IMG/VR virus record: IMGVR_UViG_3300021256_000058
Span: 53,823 to 117,822 of that record
DNA length: 64,000 bases
Origin: a virus
Taxonomy: Duplodnaviria; Heunggongvirae; Uroviricota; Caudoviricetes
Strand: one strand, 5' to 3'
Shown: piece after piece, positions 1 to 6,990 of the stretch
Layout: each line of letters begins with the position of its first letter
How positions within the stretch are numbered: position 1 is the stretch's first letter
Notes under the pieces: model-generated
What the model saw: the letters and a program-made list of their open reading frames with translations, nothing else
Told to the model about the DNA's origin: nothing
The model's database searches: none
Position numbers and translations under genes: made by a program

Positions 1-90
1 TTCGTCCCAGCACTCGACGATTCCATCGCCGCCGTTTTCGTAGTTCTTGAGAGCCAGCTTGTAAAATTCTTTCCATGTGAGCTCTTTCAT
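1..90 (-). CDS. Early hypothetical protein, N-terminal 30 aa only (MKELTWKEFYKLALKNYENGGDGIVECWDE...), runs off the window edge
   Basis: ATG at 90 with AAGGAG SD, downstream of a TTGACA(148-153)-N17-TACAAT(125-130) promoter; read manually, not in the ORF track. Confidence 0.75.
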   Translation of the reverse strand, partial: MKELTWKEFYKLALKNYENGGDGIVECWDE

Positions 91-134
91 TTTTGTATCT
101 CCTTTTCTCTTGATTTCTATAGGTATTGTATCAC

Positions 135-164
135 AAAAAGGGCTTGTTGTCAAGCCCTTTTTTT
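135..164. terminator. Bidirectional intrinsic terminator whose loop and stem contain the next -35 hexamer
   Basis: AAAAAGGGCTTG-TTGT-CAAGCCCTTTTTTT. Confidence 0.75.
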
Positions 165-867
165 ACTTTTCGTAAAGTCCTTTTCTCATTTTCTTGTGCT
201 GTTTGAAGCAGTACGCAAGAATCACAGATTCAATTTCAACATCTTCAAGCCCGGTGTGAGACTCGGAAAAGTCCGGATTTTTGGTGATGAAGCTGTACAG
301 GACTTCAGCAGTTGCTTTCAGTCTTCCGGTTGCGGTGAAAAGTTCGTACTTTTCGCACCACTTGCGGAAAGTCGGCATTTTGTGAACAACGTCACGAGCC
401 ATTTTCATCGTGTCCCACCATTCAGTACCGAACGGGAACCAGTAACGCTGTGCGGATTTGGTAACATAGCGGAGTGTAACATCGAGAGCGTTCTTGTCAA
501 ACCGTGCATTGTGAGCGCAAACAAATTTCACGTTGTAGGTTTTCATGTCCTCAAGCATGGTCTTTCTGATTGTTGCGGTCGTGGCAAGAATCCGGCGGCC
601 TGCCTTGATGTCTTCCCAATACTGGGGGATTTTCTTGGCGTAGTATGCAGTTTTCATCAGTTCCTTTTCATCGAGAAAGATGTCTGCATTCACGAATGAA
701 CGGCGTAGATACACATTCCCGCGCTTGTCAATGATCTGCCAACCGCAGTCATATACGAGCACGCAGCTCATGTCCATTTTTCCGGTCTCATCGACCTGAG
801 TGTTGGCGGTCTCGGTATCGAGGTCAAGGATGTGGGTGATACGCTTGTCGATCTTGTTAGCAGTCAT
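163..867 (-). CDS. DEDDh (DnaQ-like) 3'-5' exonuclease
   Basis: Motifs DLDTET, HNARFD and H..LEDVE. True start is MTANKIDK at 867 after AAGGAG; the track extension to 927 runs through the promoter. Confidence 0.8.
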   Translation of the reverse strand: MTANKIDKRITHILDLDTETANTQVDETGKMDMSCVLVYDCGWQIIDKRGNVYLRRSFVNADIFLDEKELMKTAYYAKKIPQYWEDIKAGRRILATTATIRKTMLEDMKTYNVKFVCAHNARFDKNALDVTLRYVTKSAQRYWFPFGTEWWDTMKMARDVVHKMPTFRKWCEKYELFTATGRLKATAEVLYSFITKNPDFSESHTGLEDVEIESVILAYCFKQHKKMRKGLYEK

Positions 868-956
868 TGTTTTGTTCTCCTTTGTTCTTTGTGACTTTAG
901 TATACCACAGCTTTTGGTATTTGTCAAGCACTTTTTTCATTTTTTTTATTTTTTTT

Positions 957-1046
957 GAGAGAGGAAGGCGCTTGACCGAAATTTGTATAGCGCATCCGCG
1001 TTTCCCAGAGGGGCGTTCTCTCTTTGAACTATCTCCCTCTCTCTAT
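957..1046 (-). ncRNA. Candidate ~90-nt structured small RNA
   Basis: Own promoter (-35 at 1075-1080, -10 TATTAT at 1052-1057). 5' GAGAGAGG pairs with 3' CCTCTCTC; internal hairpins GTTC/GAAC, CCC/GGG and GCGCT/AGCGC; no ATG after the SD-like GGGAG. Confidence 0.55.
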
Positions 1047-1167
1047 GTATTATAATACCACTTTTGGGAGTGAATGTCAACACTTTTTTCTTCGTCAAAT
1101 TGCACAAAAAATCAGTATGCTGCATTTCTGGCCAAAAACCGGCCGCGTGGGACGTGCGCGGCCGGCC

Positions 1168-1194
1168 AAAAAAATGCCCGACCTTTCGTCGGGC
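1168..1194 (-). terminator. Intrinsic terminator of the ~320-nt RNA unit
   Basis: GCCCGAC-GAAAG-GTCGGGC followed by ATTTTTTT on the minus strand. Confidence 0.8.
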
Positions 1195-1493
1195 TGGGAG
1201 TTCTGTGGTGACTTCCACACCGGATTATTTCGCATACCGCGCGTCGCTTGGATTTCGGGGAGCGAACCCCCGCCGCACATCTGGGCTGCGGATCACCCAA
1301 AGGGCTAAGCCCTGGTGCTGACCCTGCCACTTCAGGCCAGCCTGCCCCGTATTCCTTAGGCGCCCCGTTGGTGGCGGGCCAAAGGCGCCCCGCATCTCTG
1401 CGGTACTCCCGCCCAGTATTTTTGTCATCGCGCCCGCGGAACGGCGCTCCAGTATGAACTTGTCGCATCGTGGTGTCTCATCTCCCTTCGATG
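1168..1493 (-). ncRNA. Candidate ~320-nt GC-rich, highly structured non-coding RNA
   Basis: Perfect TTGACA(1522-1527)-N17-TATAAT(1499-1504) promoter and intrinsic terminator at 1168-1194. Many hairpins; no credible ORF fully inside the unit. Confidence 0.65.
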
Positions 1494-1561
1494 GTTTAAT
1501 TATAGCACTTGCGGCTTGATTTGTCAAGACTTTTTTTCAATTTCCGCAATTTTTTTTCGGC

Positions 1562-1735
1562 TCAGCCAATCGACCACGTGGGTCGCTCGGCCTTGTTGCG
1601 GGAGCCGTCCGCCTTGAAGAACCACATGGCGGTGTAATCGCCGTGGCGGAGAATGGTGATGAGGCCGAGGCGGGAGACCTCGTACCCGCGCCGCGTCATG
1701 GCGGCTTCGAAGCGTTCGCGTTCAGTCATGTTCAT
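1562..1735 (-). CDS. Early hypothetical protein (57 aa)
   Basis: AAGGAGG SD; own promoter (-35 at 1801-1806, -10 at 1778-1783); TGA stop. Confidence 0.75.
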   Translation of the reverse strand: MNMTERERFEAAMTRRGYEVSRLGLITILRHGDYTAMWFFKADGSRNKAERPTWSIG

Positions 1736-1984
1736 GACCTCCTTGAGAAGTGTTCTGTTCCCCTCGGAACTGTATACATGATACCACACAAATGCCGATC
1801 TGTCAATCCCCCAAGTGCATCCTTAACAATTTGTTCATAATTAATAATTATTCATTTTTCGGGAATAATTATACATTAATTACAATCGTGCTTTTTGTTG
1901 TAAAAAATTGTAACCGATTTGTAACCGCGAAATTCGCCGCGGTACGCCCGAGGGCGCGGCGCCAAAAAAAAGACCCCGACTGCA

Positions 1985-2290
1985 TCAGCAGTCGAAGTCG
2001 TAGCAACCCTCGTACGGGTTGAACCCGAATTCGAGGTCCCAGTCCGAGGGCTCGTCATCCTCGGGTTCTTCCTCATCCTCGGCCCCGCCGAAGGTGGACT
2101 CCCAGCAGGTGGGGCAGATGCCGGAGACAAGCGCCTCGCGCTCATTGGCGGAGAGGTAGGGGAAAGCGTCCTGCACGAGGACACCGTCCTGCCAATCGAG
2201 GTAATCGGCCTCGTTGACCTCGACCTCATTGGCACGCCCGCAGAAGGGGCAACGGGTGATGATGGTGACTTCCTTGTGATTAATCTTCAT
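1985..2290 (-). CDS. Zinc-binding protein (CPFC...CPTC) with acidic C-terminal tail
   Basis: Two CxxC pairs; AAGGAG SD; own promoter (-35 at 2346-2351). Confidence 0.8.
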   Translation of the reverse strand: MKINHKEVTIITRCPFCGRANEVEVNEADYLDWQDGVLVQDAFPYLSANEREALVSGICPTCWESTFGGAEDEEEPEDDEPSDWDLEFGFNPYEGCYDFDC

Positions 2291-2347
2291 TTTCGTATCT
2301 CCTTTTCTTTCTTTGTGAGTTAAGTATACCACAGGTTTCGGGATTTG

Positions 2348-2785
2348 TCAAGAGATTTTTTTCAAAATCTCCAAAATATTTTCGACTCCGTAGGCGTTGC
2401 CCGTCCACTCGGTGCGGTTGCGCTCTTCATCGTCAAACAGGATGTCCTCGGCGGACTCCGCAAAATTGGCTTTGCAGGTTCCGTACTTCACGATGTTGAT
2501 TTCATCAAACTGCACAGACCGCAGGTGCTTTTTGAGCCAAGCCTTTTTGACCTCGGTGACTCTTGCGTTGTAGTCCTCAGAGCCGGACTTGCTGAGCCAA
2601 GAGATGACCACAATCTTGTGGCCCTGCGCCTGCAGGCGGTTCAGCACTCTTGCAAGGCTGTTCATGTTCAGCATGACTTTTGCGTCCGCATAGGGCTTTA
2701 CATCCTCAGCGATGAGGTACTGGAGCCAGTTTTCGACTCCGTAGAGGTTAGCGATGGTTCCGTCCATGTCAAAGCAGATCTTCAT
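2348..2785 (-). CDS. HAD-superfamily phosphatase, 5'(3')-deoxyribonucleotidase (NT5C)-like
   Basis: N-terminal FDMDGT motif I, K..W.KKH, and ILFDD motif IV. Confidence 0.75.
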   Translation of the reverse strand: MKICFDMDGTIANLYGVENWLQYLIAEDVKPYADAKVMLNMNSLARVLNRLQAQGHKIVVISWLSKSGSEDYNARVTEVKKAWLKKHLRSVQFDEINIVKYGTCKANFAESAEDILFDDEERNRTEWTGNAYGVENILEILKKIS

Positions 2786-2835
2786 GTTTTTTAGCTCCTT
2801 TGTTTCTTTCTGAGTATAGTATAGCAGATAAACCA

Positions 2836-3246
2836 TTAATTGTCAAGAGTTTTTTTCACAAAAACTAAATATTTTTCGCAAACAGTTTTTTGATACTTAA
2901 AGCCGCGCTTTTGAAGCAAAGCCAACATTGCGACATTTTCAGCCCATGGCGTGCAACCATAGCAACCAAGATTAAGCGCAAGCGCATAGTCAAACAGGGC
3001 GGACATGATGCCCTTGCCGCGGTTTTTCTTGTTGTACACACAGCCGCGCTTTAAACCTGTGTAGCCGTGAGAAGTGGGAACAACCGCAAGAGAGCCAAGG
3101 ATGCGCGCCCCATCAACCGCAACCAGCAGGCAACCTGCATCAATGTCGGCTTTTGCCTGTTGTGTTGTATTAAAATCCATGCGCTTGTTCTGGAGTCCGC
3201 GAACCACGGACAGCTTGTCGGCCTGTGTTGCAAAACGAATCATCAT
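2836..3246 (-). CDS. GNAT-family acetyltransferase
   Basis: Acetyl-CoA motif A (NRGKGIMSALF) and C-terminal N..ML.LL.K.GF; own promoter (-35 at 3296-3301). Confidence 0.75.
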   Translation of the reverse strand: MMIRFATQADKLSVVRGLQNKRMDFNTTQQAKADIDAGCLLVAVDGARILGSLAVVPTSHGYTGLKRGCVYNKKNRGKGIMSALFDYALALNLGCYGCTPWAENVAMLALLQKRGFKYQKTVCEKYLVFVKKTLDN

Positions 3247-3406
3247 GTTACTTCCCTGCCTTTCTATTACACATTATAGCACTTTTGGGATCTCCTGTCA
3301 AGCCTTTTGCCTTCGTCATTTTGCACAAAAATTTCTGGTGGGAGTTAAATGCGCTAAACTCGCCGGCCCAGGACCGTGGGCCGCGCGCCAAAAAACGAGG
3401 CTCGGG

Positions 3407-3565
3407 TCACCAGACCCAAGCCCCTCGCTCGATCCATTCGCCAAGCGTTTCGGAGTAGTCCATCAGCTTGACCTCGATACGGTTCCGATACCATCCCATG
3501 GCCTCGCCGTGGTCCTGGGTGATCTCACCGGTTTCAGTGTTCATGTACCAAATGTGATTCTTCAT
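3407..3565 (-). CDS. Early hypothetical protein (52 aa)
   Basis: AAGGAG SD, own promoter (-35 at 3621-3626), TGA stop in a hairpin. Confidence 0.75.
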   Translation of the reverse strand: MKNHIWYMNTETGEITQDHGEAMGWYRNRIEVKLMDYSETLGEWIERGAWVW

Positions 3566-3636
3566 GTCTTGCATCTCCTTATCTCTTTTGTGACTTAAGT
3601 ATAACACAGGATTCGGGATTTGTCAATAGTTTTTTT

Positions 3637-3666
3637 AAAAAAAAGTCGCTTAGTTTCCTAAGCGAC
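3637..3666 (-). terminator. Intrinsic terminator containing the TAG stop of the ArfA-like gene
   Basis: Perfect 9-bp stem GTCGCTTAG-GAAA-CTAAGCGAC plus T8. Confidence 0.85.
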
Positions 3667-3795
3667 ACCCTGCTTGAACTTTTTGCGGTCATAGCTTCCC
3701 TTGCCCTTTTTACTCTTGAGATAGTACCCACGCTTGCGGAAAGCCATGAACTGTTCAAGCGTTTCCTTGTCCATCTTGTTAATACGTTTATCCAT
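3658..3795 (-). CDS. arfA: ArfA-like (alternative ribosome-rescue factor A) basic peptide, 45 aa under code 11
   Basis: FRKR....KSKKGKGSYDRKK resembles E. coli ArfA FRQR..KNKKGKGSYMRK at a similar position and length. AAAGGA SD, own promoter (-35 at 3850-3855); stop is TAG at 3658-3660. Motif recognition only, no HMM was run. Confidence 0.6.
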   Translation of the reverse strand: MDKRINKMDKETLEQFMAFRKRGYYLKSKKGKGSYDRKKFKQGVA

Positions 3796-3873
3796 CGACC
3801 GCACATCCTTTCTTGATTGTAAGCTAATTATACTACATCTTTTGGTGTTTGTCAAGGGGGAAGAGAAGATTTT

Positions 3874-4023
3874 TTATCTTCCCTTCCATTCCTGCATGTT
3901 GGCCAGAATGACCATCAGCATGGACTCGCTGAAAGCGTTTTCAAACTGTTCCGGAGTCTGGCCGCCGGGGATCTTGTAACCGAGACTGACAAGTTGATTA
4001 ATGATGTTTCTCTTTGCGCTCAT
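3874..4023 (-). CDS. Early hypothetical protein (49 aa, MSAKRNIINQLVSLGYKIPGG...)
   Basis: Read manually (below the track cutoff); AAGGAG SD, own promoter (-35 at 4077-4082), TAA stop. Confidence 0.75.
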   Translation of the reverse strand: MSAKRNIINQLVSLGYKIPGGQTPEQFENAFSESMLMVILANMQEWKGR

Positions 4024-4090
4024 GGTATTATCTCCTTTTCAATTTCTATAGTAATTATAACAAATTTTTTTTAAATTGTCAAGAGTTTTT

Positions 4091-4336
4091 TTAACCCCAA
4101 ATCTTAATGCAGATTTTTTCTTTCAAAGTCTTTTCTTTCCTACGGAAACCTGTAAAGTTTTCATTTGCTTCAATCATTCCCGTCTTTGCCATCTCCGCAG
4201 CGACTGCATCAATTTCTTCGGGAGTAAATTGAGAGAACCAAGAATCTTTGTATGCCCACCAGAGCCAAGAATGCCAAGCAAGATCGCTGTTTTTCAGAAG
4301 ATTATAGATCCTCATGACCATTTCATTGTTTTCCAT
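4091..4336 (-). CDS. Early hypothetical protein (81 aa, Trp-rich)
   Basis: ORF track; own promoter (-35 at 4388-4393). Confidence 0.75.
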   Translation of the reverse strand: MENNEMVMRIYNLLKNSDLAWHSWLWWAYKDSWFSQFTPEEIDAVAAEMAKTGMIEANENFTGFRRKEKTLKEKICIKIWG

Positions 4337-4422
4337 TTTTGTTCACCCCTTACCTTTCGACTATAGTATAGCGCATTTGGGTGTAAATGTCAAGAACTTT
4401 TTTTAAAAAAGAGGGACTTTTT

Positions 4423-4701
4423 TCAAAGTTCCTCTTTTTCCCAGTTAAGACGATAACCGCCGAACTTAAAAGTTCCCGCCTTTTTGAAATACTTCAAATA
4501 GATGTATTCAAAGGGATTGTGAATGAAGCGAATCCCGCACGGGCTATCCTCACGGTCATCCACCAAAAGCCGGAGCTTGTCAGGGGCATAGCCAGATTTT
4601 AAAGCGCCCTTTGGGTTGCGGATTGCGCGAGGACTGTAAAAATAGTAGTACACAGGGAAGTCAAAAGTATCAATGCATTTCAGTTCGTAGAATCCAGACA
4701 T
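4423..4701 (-). CDS. Early hypothetical protein (92 aa)
   Basis: AAGGAG SD; the only gene of the array with no consensus promoter of its own. Confidence 0.7.
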   Translation of the reverse strand: MSGFYELKCIDTFDFPVYYYFYSPRAIRNPKGALKSGYAPDKLRLLVDDREDSPCGIRFIHNPFEYIYLKYFKKAGTFKFGGYRLNWEKEEL

Positions 4702-4736
4702 TTTTTTTCTCCTTTGTTATTCTTTGATGGGACTTT

Positions 4737-4862
4737 TTACAGTCCCATCTTGCGCCGCCACTCGATGTAAGTGGCTTCGGAAACGACCTCATAACCGCCG
4801 AACTTGGGGAGGCACTCGACCTCATAGACCTGACCAGTGATAGTGGAACGAATGTACATCAT
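4737..4862 (-). CDS. Early hypothetical protein (41 aa)
   Basis: AAGGAG SD; promoter -35 at 4922-4927; the track extension runs through the promoter. Confidence 0.7.
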   Translation of the reverse strand: MMYIRSTITGQVYEVECLPKFGGYEVVSEATYIEWRRKMGL

Positions 4863-5046
4863 GTTGTGTATCTCCTTCTCTTTTGTTTTCTTGAGTATAG
4901 TATAGCACTTTCGGGAGCGTTTGTCAAGCCTTTTGGTTTCGTCAAATTGCACAAAATTTTGCGGTTAGTAGTATTCTGGCGAAAATCGGCGCGCCAGGTC
5001 CGACCGCGCGCCGCCGAATGAATAAAAATGCAAAAAAGAGTGAAGC

Positions 5047-5268
5047 TCAGAAGAGCTTCACATCTTCGGCCTTGGCGTACCGAGTGGAGAGGAACAGGCC
5101 AGCGGTGCAGTAGACCTCGTGCCGGGGTTCCTTCTCGCCCTCGATGACCGTGCGGTAGATGGCCGCATGGAGTTCGGTGGCCTTGGCTTTGGCCTGCTTC
5201 CAAGCCTCGCCCCAAGCAGTCTCACCGACGAACTCATAACCCGCAACCTCGTAAACGAACTTTTTCAT
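5047..5268 (-). CDS. Early hypothetical protein (73 aa)
   Basis: AAGGAG SD; promoter -35 at 5331-5336. Confidence 0.75.
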   Translation of the reverse strand: MKKFVYEVAGYEFVGETAWGEAWKQAKAKATELHAAIYRTVIEGEKEPRHEVYCTAGLFLSTRYAKAEDVKLF

Positions 5269-5376
5269 GTTTTAGATCTCCTTTCGTATCTCTTGTTTAC
5301 ACTTAGGATTATACATGATAAATTGATTTTTGTCAATACCTTTTTTGCATTTTCTCAAACTTTTTTCAAGGGAAGA

Positions 5377-5778
5377 TCAGAAGATCTTCCCGCCCTTGGT
5401 CTCTACGAAGATCGCTTCGTGTCCGGCCTTGGTCCACTGACGGATGTTTTTCACATCATCGTCAACAAGGATGCCGTCCTCGCGGATGAAGTCAACCTTG
5501 CGGCCAGAGCCTACGATGCAGATGAACTGCTCGGCGGTCAGCTCGGGGATGAACTTCGCCAGCCAGTCAATCTTGCCGGCCTTGCCGTCTTCATTGGCGG
5601 CCTTGGTCAGGATGTAAACCTGAGCACCAGCAGCGATGAGGGAACGGACTGCGGAAACGTTCTCTGCGAACGGCTCAAGGTTTGCCATCGCGTCACGCTT
5701 GAGAGCCACGCCGCGGTCAAGAGCAAAAGCCTTGTGAAAGTTAGCCAGAACGCCGTCCATGTCGAAGTAGTAAGTCAT
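5377..5778 (-). CDS. Second HAD-superfamily NT5C-like nucleotidase
   Basis: FDMDGV motif I, K..WL.KF, and ILVDD motif IV; promoter -35 at 5838-5843. Confidence 0.75.
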   Translation of the reverse strand: MTYYFDMDGVLANFHKAFALDRGVALKRDAMANLEPFAENVSAVRSLIAAGAQVYILTKAANEDGKAGKIDWLAKFIPELTAEQFICIVGSGRKVDFIREDGILVDDDVKNIRQWTKAGHEAIFVETKGGKIF

Positions 5779-6024
5779 CTGAGTGATCCCCTTTCTTGTC
5801 CCTTTCTGATACTGATTATACGCTCCTTTTTGCGATTTGTCAATACCCTTTTTCACATTTTTCTAAATTTTTTTATCTTTCTTTTTTGGGAAAAACTCTG
5901 CTTTTGCTTCGTCCGTTCGTTCGCTCTCTCTTTTTGCTGATGGTTGTATTTGCCGATAATTCGGCGCGCCACCACCGTGCGCGCGCCAGCGTGGCCCTTC
6001 ACGCAAAGAAAAAGGCTTGACCCT

Positions 6025-6144
6025 TTAGGCCAAGCCATTCTCTACTGCCCATGCGTACATGGCATCCATCTCTTCCTCTGTTGGTGCTGCTTGCTCCATC
6101 GTGCGCATGTCCTGCTCGTAGTTCATCAGATCGTTGTAGCTCAT
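6025..6144 (-). CDS. Small acidic early protein (39 aa)
   Basis: AAGGAG SD; promoter -35 at 6201-6206. Confidence 0.65.
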   Translation of the reverse strand: MSYNDLMNYEQDMRTMEQAAPTEEEMDAMYAWAVENGLA

Positions 6145-6214
6145 TGTGTGTATCTCCTTTGTTCTCTTGATGGTTGTATTATAACACATGTTGTGCGTCT
6201 TGTCAAGATTTTTT

Positions 6215-6800
6215 TTATTCTTTCTCTCTTTATCTCTCTGTGTGTTGTTGTACTGTTGCTGTTGTGTCTCTCTCTGTCTGTCTGTGTGTATAGCACAACA
6301 CACAGCCTTTGTGTTTGGCTGTGTGCCTCTCTCTGTCAGCGTACCATCAGCACGCCAGTGACTACGTCGTCTGTTACATCTTCTGTGCCCAGTGTGTCGA
6401 AGGTCACAATGTAGTGTGCATCTACATCCACCCAAGAGCCAACCACTTCCCACAGGTTACCATCTGTGTCCTCGAACACAGTCACATCATCATAGCTCTC
6501 ATAGATCACACACTCTCTCTCAATGTGTGTCTCTGCTTGCGGTCTGCTGTTGGTGCAAGCTACGATACCTACAATAGCTGCGATGAATACCATGCACACC
6601 AACACCACGATTACGCTGAACCTGTAGCTCTGATACTGTCTGTCTGTCATTGTCTGTTGCTCCTTTACTCTTTGTCTTTGTGTATGTATTATAACACATT
6701 CATTGTGTCTTGTCAACACTTTTCTTTGTGTGTTGTTTGTTGTTGTTGTGTGTGTCTTTGTCTGTTGCTCTTGTGACTGTCTGCGTGGCCTTGCCTGCTT
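6215..6800. repeat. Low-complexity TG/TTG/CT/TCTG microsatellite-like tracts upstream of promoters (about 6215-6335 and 6717-6790)
   Basis: Examples: tgtgttgttgtactgttgctgttgtgtctctctctgtctgtctgtgtg and tgtgttgtttgttgttgttgtgtgtgtctttgtctg. Confidence 0.7.
6336..6650 (-). CDS. Membrane-anchored or exported protein (104 aa) with one N-terminal hydrophobic segment
   Basis: SVIVVLVCMVFIAAIVGIVAC hydrophobic stretch ending in Cys (possible lipoprotein); AAGGAG SD; promoter -35 at 6711-6716. Confidence 0.7.
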   Translation of the reverse strand: MTDRQYQSYRFSVIVVLVCMVFIAAIVGIVACTNSRPQAETHIERECVIYESYDDVTVFEDTDGNLWEVVGSWVDVDAHYIVTFDTLGTEDVTDDVVTGVLMVR

Positions 6801-6810
6801 GCCTAGCAGG

Positions 6811-6990
6811 TCACAGGTCTCGGTGGCGCCTACTAAAGAGCCTAAAGAGATGTTGCAAGTCTGATAAAATAACAAAATCAGCATTTGGATGCATTCTTTT
6901 CATCTCTGCTTCTGCTTGTTTGCGTGTGCGTGCTGCTAGTGAACACAAGCGCTTCATGCCTGGCTCTTTGTAAATGCCTACATAGCCCAT
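6811..6990 (-). CDS. First gene of the early array, basic 59-aa protein (MGYVGIYKEPGMKRLCSLAARTRKQAE...)
   Basis: Read manually; downstream of promoter -35 at 7046-7051 / -10 at 7023-7028; GAAAGGG SD-like sequence. Confidence 0.6.
   Translation of the reverse strand: MGYVGIYKEPGMKRLCSLAARTRKQAEAEMKRMHPNADFVILSDLQHLFRLFSRRHRDL

Larger units (their letters stand above)
1091..4956. promoter_or_regulatory. Conserved box TTCGTCA(A/T)(A/T)TTGCACAAAA in three copies (1091-1109, 3312-3330, 4938-4956)
   Basis: Each copy is exactly 10 nt from a -35 hexamer and starts 48-49 nt before a 27-bp inverted repeat. Confidence 0.75.

Noticed and set aside
957-1260. tRNA or suppressor tRNA-CUA (T-loop-like GGGGTTCGCTCCCC; cloverleaf-like small RNA)
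   Set aside because: The loop is 6 nt and lacks A58, with no matching acceptor stem or CUA anticodon arm. I saw no tRNA in this window.
1200-1420. Calling the 320-nt RNA a group I intron, RNase P RNA or tmRNA
   Set aside because: P/Q/R-like segments are present but there is no S element or P7 pairing and no interrupted exon. RNase P CR-I/P4 and the tmRNA tRNA-like ends and tag frame are not found.
1095-1527. ORFs 1112-1468, 1225-1527 and 1095-1280 over the structured RNA
   Set aside because: They start inside the promoter or run through the terminator, have Pro/Arg/Gly-rich random-looking composition, and have poor or no SD spacing.
196-5940. Long plus-strand ORFs in the early region (196-699, 2345-2794, 3074-3598, 5119-5940 and others)
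   Set aside because: They are antisense shadows of GC3-rich minus-strand genes and lack SD sites and promoters.
6215-6800. CRISPR array or mini-array
   Set aside because: These are simple low-complexity tracts with no constant repeat plus unique spacer structure, and no cas genes are present.
867-6884. N-terminal extensions in the ORF track (e.g. 927, 2332, 2836, 3607, 3855, 4952, 5856, 6453, 6884)
   Set aside because: They translate the promoter sequences; the SD-preceded downstream ATGs were used instead.
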